DNA from: a virus
Length of the DNA: 33,502 nt
Direction: 5' to 3' (one strand)
Virus record (IMG/VR): IMGVR_UViG_3300005573_001597
Shown here in pieces: positions 16,712-25,175 of the stretch (position 1 is its first letter; the number at the start of each line of letters is the position of its first letter). Position numbers and translations under genes: made by a program. A model generated the notes under the pieces. The model did no database searches and was not told the origin of the DNA. It worked only from the letters and a program-made list of their open reading frames with translations.

Positions 16712-18334
16712 ATGGGCACGGTTCCCGACGCCTATTTTCAGTTTGTGATGCATTACGCGCCCTACTACTATGTAGTTCCCACTAGCTTGGCTGCGGATGC
16801 GGCTGCTGGGCAGAGAAACGTCACTGTTGCGGATGGTTCGAAGTTTCAAGCGGATTTTCCTGTTGAAATCAAGGATTCTGCTCATAGTGAATGGGGCGAA
16901 GTTGAAAGCGTTCTTGGTAACGTTGTAACCCTTAAGAGTAATCTAGCCAATAGCTATTTTGTTTCAAAGGCTGCTTTGATGGAGGGTCCTGATCCTGCGT
17001 TTGGTCGTGGCACTTTTGCCGCTGCCTTTGCTATCGAGTTTCTCTACGAAGCCTACTCTTCTGAGCAGTTTGTGGCTAGCCAGCCAGATATCCTTGCTAA
17101 GATTGATGAGCTTGCGGATTGGCTTTTGACCCAGCAGTGCATCGACCCATCCAGAGCCGCTTACGGGGGCTATAGGAGCAGCGAATCAGCAACCGACTAC
17201 TGGAGCATCGATGCTGGAAGAGCTATTCCTGCTTTGCTAAAAGCCTATCAGCTAACAGCTGACCCTGCGTACCTTGACTCAGCTAAGCTAGCTGGATATA
17301 ACTTTCTTTATACTATGCAGCAACAGCCCTCAGTTTTAGGTGTGCATGATCGCTACTATGGCGGCTTTGCACAATACGTCACCATAACTGACGGATGGAG
17401 CCAACCCATAGCAGTTGAGAACCTATACTGCCTTATTGGGCTAAAGATGCTAGCAGAAACCTACGACACCGCAAACGCAGCTCACTACACAGCTATGATG
17501 GCTGATTTGGTCGGTTTTCTGCGAGAAGGCTTTGAGAAACTTTGGCTACACTTTGACCCCTTGCCTTCAGGAGATGACGCCTGGCACCGTATAGGTATAA
17601 ACAATACCGAAATCTATGATGACCCAATCAGCTTCGCGCTCTTAGGCTTGTATACTTATGAGGGCTGGAGCAACAGCTGCCAGCGCGTCTACAACTACGT
17701 ACAAAGCATTAGGGCTAGCGGCCAGTACCCGGCTTATATACCTGATATCTGCTGGCCAGGCTACATCGATGTCACAACACGCTTTCCGGCATGTCCCTAC
17801 TATGACGGGGTTACCATTGGGATTCTGTGGAAAATTCGCCGAGAACGCGACCCTCCAGGCTACAAGTTAGCCCACGACATTGCTGAGAAGTACGCCGATG
17901 AATTCCTAAATTGGGGTCCCATCTTCACCGACTATAGCCCAATTACGCCTGCCAAAGCTATGGCGAATGTAAGCTGGATCGCCCGAATGTTTCTAAACTA
18001 TCAAGAGCCTGCAACCCAATTCTTGAGGGTTCTTAAGAGTAAGGGTGAAGCGGTCCTTCTTTATCCTGTGCGGCAGGCTGTTGAAACCGTTGATTACGGC
18101 GACCCTCTTGAACTGCAAGCTGTGGTTTCTCAGCTTAAAGCTGAACAAGTGCTCATTGAGCCTGGGTACTACCTTAATGACTATTTGGCGTTCTACACGT
18201 TTCTGCCCGTGCGTAGTCACGACAAAATTAGGCGTCAGGGCGAGGACTACGAGGTGCAGACTGTTACGCCTTTTACTCTTGCTAATCAGCGGTTGTACTT
18301 CAAGAGCACTGCTAGGAGGTTGCTTACGAGTTGA
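16712..18334 (+). CDS. Alpha/alpha-toroid (six-hairpin glycosidase-like) domain fused to a C-terminal head-closure-like domain
   Basis: WLLTQQ...YGGY, DAGRAIPALLKAYQLTADPAYLDSAK, W/Y-rich helices; the last ~95 aa (GEAVLLY...HDKIRRQGEDYEVQTV) resemble a stopper beta-barrel. Confidence 0.6.
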   Translation: MGTVPDAYFQFVMHYAPYYYVVPTSLAADAAAGQRNVTVADGSKFQADFPVEIKDSAHSEWGEVESVLGNVVTLKSNLANSYFVSKAALMEGPDPAFGRGTFAAAFAIEFLYEAYSSEQFVASQPDILAKIDELADWLLTQQCIDPSRAAYGGYRSSESATDYWSIDAGRAIPALLKAYQLTADPAYLDSAKLAGYNFLYTMQQQPSVLGVHDRYYGGFAQYVTITDGWSQPIAVENLYCLIGLKMLAETYDTANAAHYTAMMADLVGFLREGFEKLWLHFDPLPSGDDAWHRIGINNTEIYDDPISFALLGLYTYEGWSNSCQRVYNYVQSIRASGQYPAYIPDICWPGYIDVTTRFPACPYYDGVTIGILWKIRRERDPPGYKLAHDIAEKYADEFLNWGPIFTDYSPITPAKAMANVSWIARMFLNYQEPATQFLRVLKSKGEAVLLYPVRQAVETVDYGDPLELQAVVSQLKAEQVLIEPGYYLNDYLAFYTFLPVRSHDKIRRQGEDYEVQTVTPFTLANQRLYFKSTARRLLTS

Positions 18335-19329
18335 GTGAGTTAGAAGACCCTGTGGCTACCTTGCTTAGGCTGATTAATAGCCGCATTCGAGTTACCAAAG
18401 ACAACGGCGAGGCTGCCAAATTGTTGGCTTCTGAGGCAGCGTTTGACCGCGAAATACTGCTAAAAGAGTATGATGCCCAAATAACCCTTCAAGTTGACCC
18501 TGTGCTGGGCGTGCAAGACCAGAAGCTTAACCTTTCTGGTAGTCTTAGGCGTCAAGTGCATTTCTTCAAGTGTACGGTGCATACAATCGACAAGGTTGCT
18601 CCCGGTGCTGATGCGGGCAGGGTCATGCGTAACAAGGTTACTGAGCAGATTAAAGCGATTATCAGGGAAAACCGCACTTTGCCCTATCAGACGATCTACA
18701 ACTTTGCTGGGATCGGTTATCCGGAGGGCGACCCGCACAAGGCGTATGCTGCAGGTGCTGCCTCGGAGTTGGCGCCGTCCGCTGCAGGTTGGACTGAACT
18801 CACCAACTTGGAATACCAGGGCATTTGGTACAGTGACGATGTTCGCTACTCCAAGAGTGTGGCTGTTAACAATCAGTATGGCTTGATGCTGTTTAGGTTC
18901 AAAGTTGGGCCTAGAGAGCAATGCGTTAAATCTTTGGTGCTGAGTTTCGAGGGCTACGGAACCGCGCCCGGTGGCAACGGGGTAACTGTCAAGGTTTGGA
19001 ACCATATTGCTGGGGCTTGGCAGTATGCGCAGTATGGAACCGCGGGAACGGATGAAACCCTGACAATTACGATTTCGGCGAACTGGACGGACTACATCGA
19101 CTCTGATGGGTATGTTTGGATGATTGCCCGAACCACTAATCCCAGCAACGGGGTAACACCCGCCGTGGTCTACTGCGACTATGTGCAGTTGACCGTTCAG
19201 GTTCGTGGAATTACTAACTGCGATGTCGTGAGCTACAAGCCCATAGACATTGTTGAGGTTAAGCCGTTTCTCTTCAAGACTGAGTTTGTTTTGAAGGGTT
19301 GGGCTTTCGAGAACATAACTTTAGGCTAA
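18331..19329 (+). CDS. Putative tail terminator/completion protein with inserted beta-rich domain
   Basis: Position before the tail tube; terminator-like N- and C-terminal halves around a ~190-aa W/Y/G/T-rich insert. Confidence 0.5.
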   Translation: MSELEDPVATLLRLINSRIRVTKDNGEAAKLLASEAAFDREILLKEYDAQITLQVDPVLGVQDQKLNLSGSLRRQVHFFKCTVHTIDKVAPGADAGRVMRNKVTEQIKAIIRENRTLPYQTIYNFAGIGYPEGDPHKAYAAGAASELAPSAAGWTELTNLEYQGIWYSDDVRYSKSVAVNNQYGLMLFRFKVGPREQCVKSLVLSFEGYGTAPGGNGVTVKVWNHIAGAWQYAQYGTAGTDETLTITISANWTDYIDSDGYVWMIARTTNPSNGVTPAVVYCDYVQLTVQVRGITNCDVVSYKPIDIVEVKPFLFKTEFVLKGWAFENITLG

Positions 19330-19344
19330 TGGAGTTTGGAAAGA

Positions 19345-20214
19345 ATGGTTGAAACCTATAGTACCGACCAAGAGCGCATATACTACGTTGCCGAAAGCGT
19401 TTTTGGAGCCACGCCGACAAATCCATCGATGCTGTCTGTTCCAGCAGACCAGATAGAACCCAGCATTGATCCGGGGCTTTTGAAACTACGAGGGGCTGGC
19501 AGTTACGACCTGCAAGTGCTAAAGAAAGGGCTAAGACAAGTGGGGCTTAAAGTTGGTTGGCCACTGCCTTCTGCGGCGCCTATCGATTTGCTACAGTACG
19601 CCAAAGTCGACCTAAACCAGAGCCTTAGTATGCAGGTCCTCTACTACAAAGGACAGTTTGCTAGCAACCCAACAGACATTATCTCGCTGCTTTTCACAGG
19701 CATGAAGTTTGACAGGGTCAGCGTCAGCTGTAGCGTTGAGGATGTGGTGCGTGCGGTTGCCGAGTTTCAGGGCGTAGACGTCGCTGTTGGCTCAGCTAAA
19801 ATCACTGGGGCAACCTACACCGATTATGCTGATGCTGTGCCTTTCCATCAATCATACGTAAAAAAAGACGCTGCGGTACTTGATCGGGTGACAGATTGGA
19901 AGTTCGATATACAAAACAACCTGACCCGTGTCCCGGTGATTCGGAGCACTAACGGGCATTTGGCTAAGTACTTGCCTTTTAAGCATCGAGTCTTGGGCGG
20001 CGAGTTCACTTTCGAGTTTGAGAGCATCCAGGAAGCCAGCGAGGTCCTTGCGGATACAGAGTTTGACCTTGAATTCGGTTTAGGCGGCACCTGCAAGGCT
20101 GTCTTCACTGATTGCAAGTGGGAGAACGTTTCTATTCCCAGTAAGATGGAGGACCTGATTTCGCTTAAGGCGACGTTTACTGCCAAGGGGCCTGTTTCAA
20201 TTAGTTCCAGTTAA
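19345..20214 (+). CDS. Tail tube (major tail) protein
   Basis: RIYYVAESVFGATPTNP start, beta-rich, ends ISLKATFTAKG; directly before the chaperone gene (TTG at 19336 is an alternative start). Confidence 0.75.
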   Translation: MVETYSTDQERIYYVAESVFGATPTNPSMLSVPADQIEPSIDPGLLKLRGAGSYDLQVLKKGLRQVGLKVGWPLPSAAPIDLLQYAKVDLNQSLSMQVLYYKGQFASNPTDIISLLFTGMKFDRVSVSCSVEDVVRAVAEFQGVDVAVGSAKITGATYTDYADAVPFHQSYVKKDAAVLDRVTDWKFDIQNNLTRVPVIRSTNGHLAKYLPFKHRVLGGEFTFEFESIQEASEVLADTEFDLEFGLGGTCKAVFTDCKWENVSIPSKMEDLISLKATFTAKGPVSISSS

Positions 20215-20230
20215 GAGTGAGTGATTAAAA

Positions 20231-20704
20231 ATGAAATCAGAAACTATAGAGATTGATGGACGATTCGGTGAAGAGTACCGGGGCAAATATGTCTTCAAAG
20301 AGATCACTTGGGCTAAGCGCAGCCGCATCATCCAAAAATACACCAAGTACCACAAATTGACCGGAGATATTGAGAGCAGCGACTTCATTGCCATTCAAGC
20401 GGAGACCATACTGGCTAGCCTGCATGGCCAACCCCCAAGCCATCCCATAACCCTTGACAAGCTCCTAGGTGAAGAGGAAGGAATCCCGATTGAACTTGGC
20501 GAGCTCTTTTCAAAGATCGTTAACAGGTTGAATGCGCTTAGCAGGGAGGAGACGGCTTTTTTATCCGAGCCCTCAGGCGTCAAAAGCCCCATCCCGCCAT
20601 CACCGATTTCAGGTTTTCAAAAGAGTTCGGTTGGACCCCAAGCCAACTCGCCAAGCAACCTGCCCGAGTCATCCACGAGTACACCGTCATCCTCAACGAG
20701 TTAG
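20231..20704 (+). CDS. Tail assembly chaperone (G-type)
   Basis: Between tube and tape measure; slippery T TTT TTA at 20557-20563; the 0-frame tail after the site is low-complexity S/P. Confidence 0.75.
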   Translation: MKSETIEIDGRFGEEYRGKYVFKEITWAKRSRIIQKYTKYHKLTGDIESSDFIAIQAETILASLHGQPPSHPITLDKLLGEEEGIPIELGELFSKIVNRLNALSREETAFLSEPSGVKSPIPPSPISGFQKSSVGPQANSPSNLPESSTSTPSSSTS

Positions 20705-20763
20705 ATCGCCAAGCGGAGGAAGAGAAGCGGAAGAGGGAGCGTGAAGTTGGACGGCGGCCATAG
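20231..20763 (+). CDS. Tail assembly chaperone, -1 frameshift product (GT-type)
   Basis: The -1 frame after 20563 reads IRALRRQKPHPAITDFRFSKEFGWTPSQLAKQP...ILNELDRQAEEEKRK to TAG 20761-20763. Confidence 0.75.
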
Positions 20764-20807
20764 AAGTAAGCTGTGACATCGATGGTGTAGAAGAGTTCAA
20801 GGCGGCT

Positions 20808-21125
20808 ATGCAGAGGTTTGATAGTGGCATGCAGCGTCATGTCCACCGCCAGTTAGCTAGCTGGGCTGCCGATGTTAAGGCTGAAGCTCGAAAGCTTGTT
20901 CCAGTCAGAACAGGGCACTTGCAGAGCACTATCTATGCGCAAATTCAAGAGTGGGTGGCTAACATTGGGGCTGATGCAACCTACGCTTATTTTATTGAGA
21001 TGGGCACTCGACATATGCAGGCGCAACCTTACCTGTACCCTGCTATTTCGGGGTATCTGCCGCAGCTGGAGCGGATTATTCTTGACGCCTTGGAAGCGGC
21101 TAAGTCGGAGGCTGGGCTGCAGTGA
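20808..21125 (+). CDS. HK97 gp10-like tail/neck component
   Basis: PVRTGHLQSTI...ATYAYFIEMGTRHMQAQPYLYPA. Confidence 0.8.
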   Translation: MQRFDSGMQRHVHRQLASWAADVKAEARKLVPVRTGHLQSTIYAQIQEWVANIGADATYAYFIEMGTRHMQAQPYLYPAISGYLPQLERIILDALEAAKSEAGLQ

Positions 21126-21664
21126 GTTTTAGAGAGATCGCCGTCACTATCAGGGCTGTTAACCGAGCCTCAAACGAGTTCAGTCGCATACAAACTGATG
21201 CTGAAGCTTTGGCTGCCAGAGTGAAAAGTTTAGGCGCTGCTCTTGCGGGTATAGGCGCAGCCGGTGTTGCCATTGGTAGTATAGCGCAGCAAATGGGCAT
21301 TTTAAACGATGAGCAGGCTAAGGTGTTCAACAGTGCTATGGCGGTGGTTACTGCGTTGGGTTTGTTTTTGCGCACCAGCACGGGCTTAGCCGTGGCTCAA
21401 AAGGTGTATTCTGCCGCCTGCTGGGTGGCCACTGCTGCACAGAACGCCCTAAACATAAGCTACGGCACCTTCTTGGCTCTGACCGGCGTTGGAATTGCGG
21501 TGATTGTTGCGGCTGCCGCTGCCATGTGGAGCTTCGCAAGTAGTATGAACGCCGCTACATCTAGTGTGCAAAGTTTCAACAATGCGGCGTCTATAATGCC
21601 TAGTCGCACTCGTAGTATTCAACGTGCAGGCGAAGCTGAACTATACCGTAGGGGGATCGAGTAG
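21122..21664 (+). CDS. Very short tape-measure-like protein (180 aa)
   Basis: IAVTIRAVNRAS N-terminus; Ala/Gly-rich helical and hydrophobic body; downstream of the chaperones. Confidence 0.65.
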   Translation: MSFREIAVTIRAVNRASNEFSRIQTDAEALAARVKSLGAALAGIGAAGVAIGSIAQQMGILNDEQAKVFNSAMAVVTALGLFLRTSTGLAVAQKVYSAACWVATAAQNALNISYGTFLALTGVGIAVIVAAAAAMWSFASSMNAATSSVQSFNNAASIMPSRTRSIQRAGEAELYRRGIE

Positions 21665-24583
21665 TTGCCAGAGCCTGCTAGACCCAGCATTGCTCTTGTT
21701 TTCGGTAGTATTACCCCGCCGCAAAGCGACGTTGTAGAGTTATTTGCTCATTTGGGTTGTAGTAAAGAAGTGTCAAGCTTTGAGGTGAAATTGCATAATC
21801 ATGATGGGAAGTACAGTCCAGGCGGATCTTCAGCCATAGCTGTTGGTACGGATGGTTCAATTAGCCTTGGGCGCGGCGCTGCATGCCCCCTGCTCATGAC
21901 GCTGCGAGTTGAAAAAGTCCATTATCAAAGCTCACCTATCGAAAGCTACTTGACTGTTTCTGGGCGATGCTGGGGCGAACGCCTATTCCGCAGGACCGTC
22001 ACAGCAGATTATACAGGGCTCAAAGGCGAAGAGATAGTTAAGAACCTAATGGATTACTATGCAGGTCTTAGCCACAACCGAAGCGGCACTGAACTTGTCG
22101 AAGCCACAGATACAACCTACACTGAATTAAAGTACGAGGACTCGCCAGTCTGGGACATCCTCAAGTACGTTGCTGAAAGCGCTGATAAGGCAGGCGTTAT
22201 TGGCTATGATTTTCGGGTTGCGCCTGACGGTAAATTCGAGTTTTTCCCCAAACTCTCCAAAACCAACTCAACCGTAATCACCGAAAATATTGATACTGCG
22301 GCAGAATATGAGAAGGACATTACACGGGTTAGAAACAAAATTATCGTTTGGGGTTTAGCTGACAAGAGTCTACCCAGTAATAAGGTGGCTTGGACGCGGA
22401 GTCTGACGACGTCTGAGGGTACTTGGACGGCAAGCGCGGGGTCGGTAAGCGTTGACGCTACGGGGGCACCTGACGGGGGTGCTTGTATTAAACTGTATGC
22501 GCCCAACAACTACTATGGCAGTGCAAACTTTACTTTAAATGCGGGGAATCTGCTGGACTGCGAGAAATATCCTATTTTAGCTGCCATGTTAAAAGCAGAA
22601 AATACATTCAGCGGAACAGGGCAAATCACTCTTTACGACAACAACTACAAAACTGCAAGCAAGGAACTATCCGTTAGTCCTGACGGTTCTTGGCATAATT
22701 TTGAGACTGGCGTCGGTTCTGCGTATAAGAATCAGTGGAATTGGGTGCAGGACGGCTTTGACTGGACAAAAATCTTGGTCGTACGCATTACCTTTTATTA
22801 TCCCGGTGTGGGCACGGGCAGTTTTTGGATACATCAACTCTACATAGGCGGTCGCCGATACCGCGGTATTGCCGAGAACGCAGCAAGCCAAGCAGCCTAC
22901 GGATTGCGGGAATACGTTGAGGTTGATGAGGAGCTCTGGAGCGATGAAGAATGCAACAGGCGAGCCGCCGCGCTTTTGGCGCATCTCAAAGACCCAGCAG
23001 AGCATTTGCACATAGTTAGCACAGTCTTAGATTATGGGCTGTCGCCGATTTTGGGCGGAGATAAAGTGCACGTGCAGTTGCCAGTTGAAGGCGTTAACGG
23101 TCAGTTTCGGGTTGAATGGGCTGAATATCGGGTGCCAAAAGAGGACCCAACAAAGCTGGAAATAACTTTGGATTTAGGCAAGGAACCGCCTCACCTAGCC
23201 GATTATCTTTATGGCTTGCGTACCCATACGCCTAACGTTGAAAAGTTGAGCCGAACAAAAATTGGTAAACGGGGCGTTCCCGTGTCTTCTGGCGGGGGCG
23301 GAGGCGGCGGAACTGCAAGCAGCTACTTTAACAGTAATGTGGAAATTGACAAAACCGCTCCTGTGCTAAATCTTCTGACTGGCCGTAATCATAAGTCTGC
23401 TTTAGGTTTTGATGGCGCCAACACCTTTCTAACTACCTATATAGGAGACTTGATTCTCAACGCTGCAGCCACGGGCATAATCCGCCCTGTTACCGATGGC
23501 AGCGACCAGCTTGGCAACGGAACGTTCCGTTTTAAGGAGGGTCATTTTAAGGATAAGATTTTCGTGGCGGGCTGGGAGGTGATTGGTGATGACGGCAGGG
23601 TTAAGATGTGGTCGATGCCGCGGGATACCTCAGGTTACGTATTAGAAGCGCAAGGCCCGACCAATTATCCCATGTATGTTAATCCGAATGGGCGCTATGT
23701 CCCTGCTGCTCACACGCATGAAAGTATAGTCCGCGGCACTAAGCATGTGGAGCTTGATCCAAACTATGCGGTCGCTAACTTTTATGACGGCGCTAATCTC
23801 AAGGGTGCTATAGGACATGATGGAGCAAACTTTTTCGCGGTTGCCTACGCTGGAGACCTCATCATTTACTCTGCTAATGCTTTGATTCGTCCTGAGACTG
23901 ATGGCGGCGCCGATTTAGGAACTACAAGCTCCGCTAAACGCTTTGGTTCTCTACACCTGAAAAATGACCTTTGGGTGGCAGGCTATCAGGTTGTGGATAC
24001 TAACGGCAAAATTAGCTTCTATGCCTTCCCCCGAGATACTGCAGGTTATGTAATTGAGGCCCAAGGCGCTGGATATAATCCAATGTACGTCAATCCTAAC
24101 GGCAGGTACTCGCCTGCAGCGCACGATAGCGGTCATGCAAATCTCTATCCTTCTGGCGGCTCTAATTCTGGGCAGGTTGGGAATACTTCCAATTATTGGA
24201 ATGTTATAGCGACTAACAGTATGTGGTATAAAGCTGTTGGAACCTTCGGCTGTGACCCTGCACTCGCTGGCAAAGAAATTACCCGCAGTATTCAGTCTCG
24301 CAGCCAAGCTGAAGAGGTCTTAACTCATGAAACAACTAAGACTTGGCGCCACATGCCCTATGCGCGGTCCAAGAAGCATAAGGGCAAAATCATCTGTACC
24401 TGCGGAAGGGCGATGGCGGAGCCTTGTCCTGAGCACCGCAAAGCATGGGAAGACCGCTATATAGTTAATACGGGCGCTCAGCTTGAAGCTGCTGCTTATC
24501 TCGTCTTGGAGCTTAGCGCCGATGTCAGACGTCTAGAAACAGAGCTGGCCGCGTTGAAGGAAGAGATGACGAAGGGGAGATAA
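21665..24583 (+). CDS. Tail tip / baseplate hub protein with carbohydrate-binding-like insert and internal duplication
   Basis: Hub-like N-terminus (VSGRCWG, GYDFRVAPDGKFEF), beta-rich insert, poly-Gly linker, two ~120-aa repeats, C-terminal coiled coil. Confidence 0.65.
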   Translation: MPEPARPSIALVFGSITPPQSDVVELFAHLGCSKEVSSFEVKLHNHDGKYSPGGSSAIAVGTDGSISLGRGAACPLLMTLRVEKVHYQSSPIESYLTVSGRCWGERLFRRTVTADYTGLKGEEIVKNLMDYYAGLSHNRSGTELVEATDTTYTELKYEDSPVWDILKYVAESADKAGVIGYDFRVAPDGKFEFFPKLSKTNSTVITENIDTAAEYEKDITRVRNKIIVWGLADKSLPSNKVAWTRSLTTSEGTWTASAGSVSVDATGAPDGGACIKLYAPNNYYGSANFTLNAGNLLDCEKYPILAAMLKAENTFSGTGQITLYDNNYKTASKELSVSPDGSWHNFETGVGSAYKNQWNWVQDGFDWTKILVVRITFYYPGVGTGSFWIHQLYIGGRRYRGIAENAASQAAYGLREYVEVDEELWSDEECNRRAAALLAHLKDPAEHLHIVSTVLDYGLSPILGGDKVHVQLPVEGVNGQFRVEWAEYRVPKEDPTKLEITLDLGKEPPHLADYLYGLRTHTPNVEKLSRTKIGKRGVPVSSGGGGGGGTASSYFNSNVEIDKTAPVLNLLTGRNHKSALGFDGANTFLTTYIGDLILNAAATGIIRPVTDGSDQLGNGTFRFKEGHFKDKIFVAGWEVIGDDGRVKMWSMPRDTSGYVLEAQGPTNYPMYVNPNGRYVPAAHTHESIVRGTKHVELDPNYAVANFYDGANLKGAIGHDGANFFAVAYAGDLIIYSANALIRPETDGGADLGTTSSAKRFGSLHLKNDLWVAGYQVVDTNGKISFYAFPRDTAGYVIEAQGAGYNPMYVNPNGRYSPAAHDSGHANLYPSGGSNSGQVGNTSNYWNVIATNSMWYKAVGTFGCDPALAGKEITRSIQSRSQAEEVLTHETTKTWRHMPYARSKKHKGKIICTCGRAMAEPCPEHRKAWEDRYIVNTGAQLEAAAYLVLELSADVRRLETELAALKEEMTKGR

Positions 24584-24597
24584 GTTATCTGTTATAA
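24580..24597 (+). promoter_or_regulatory. Late-promoter motif D: ATAAGTTA-tctg-TTATAA
   Basis: Same 8-mer and spacing; overlaps the stop codon 24581-24583; precedes the adhesin operon. Confidence 0.72.
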
Positions 24598-24630
24598 ACC
24601 TGGTCGGTAGATAAGTGATTTGGGTGATGT

Positions 24631-24867
24631 ATGTTGACTGATACTGAGGTTCAGTATGGCGATAGTGCGAGTGCTGCGCGTGCGATTCATAGTGCTCTTG
24701 ACGATTTATCAGCGGCTCCCGTTGGGCATAAAATTACTGAGAAGAGATTTACTTGGGCTGCTGGGAAGATGGCTACGATGGCTGCTTATGACGGCGTTAC
24801 TTTGCTGTTTACGTTGACTTTCACTTGGAACGCTGATGGTACGCTACAGAAAGTTGTACGGACTTAG
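24631..24867 (+). CDS. Small virion-associated protein, paralog of 16043-16273
   Basis: GGTGA RBS; same shared motif as its paralog. Confidence 0.65.
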   Translation: MLTDTEVQYGDSASAARAIHSALDDLSAAPVGHKITEKRFTWAAGKMATMAAYDGVTLLFTLTFTWNADGTLQKVVRT

Positions 24868-24869
24868 CG

Positions 24870-25175
24870 GTGGTTGCGTTGACGGCTGCTGTTAGCGTGA
24901 AGAGTGGTCGGTGGAGTGATGCTGAAACTTGGAGTGGCGGCGTTGTTCCAGTGGACGGCGACGACGTAACAGTTACGGCGGGGCACACTGTAGTTTTTGA
25001 CGTATGCATGTGTGGCGGTGTCGGTGTGGGGTTAACAGTTGATGGTGTTCTGCAGTTTAGCGCCGAAGTTATGTCGGTTTTGCGTTTGAAGCATGCGATT
25101 TCTGGCGTTGGCAACGTGTACCTGTCTGAGTTATGTATGGTTCAAGTTGTTGCTGATTTGGAGGCGACCCCGTAA
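24870..25175 (+). CDS. Stand-alone G8-like domain protein
   Basis: SGRWSDAETWSGGVVPVDGDDVTVTAGHTVVFDV, closely similar to the N-terminus of the next gene. Confidence 0.55.
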   Translation: MVALTAAVSVKSGRWSDAETWSGGVVPVDGDDVTVTAGHTVVFDVCMCGGVGVGLTVDGVLQFSAEVMSVLRLKHAISGVGNVYLSELCMVQVVADLEATP

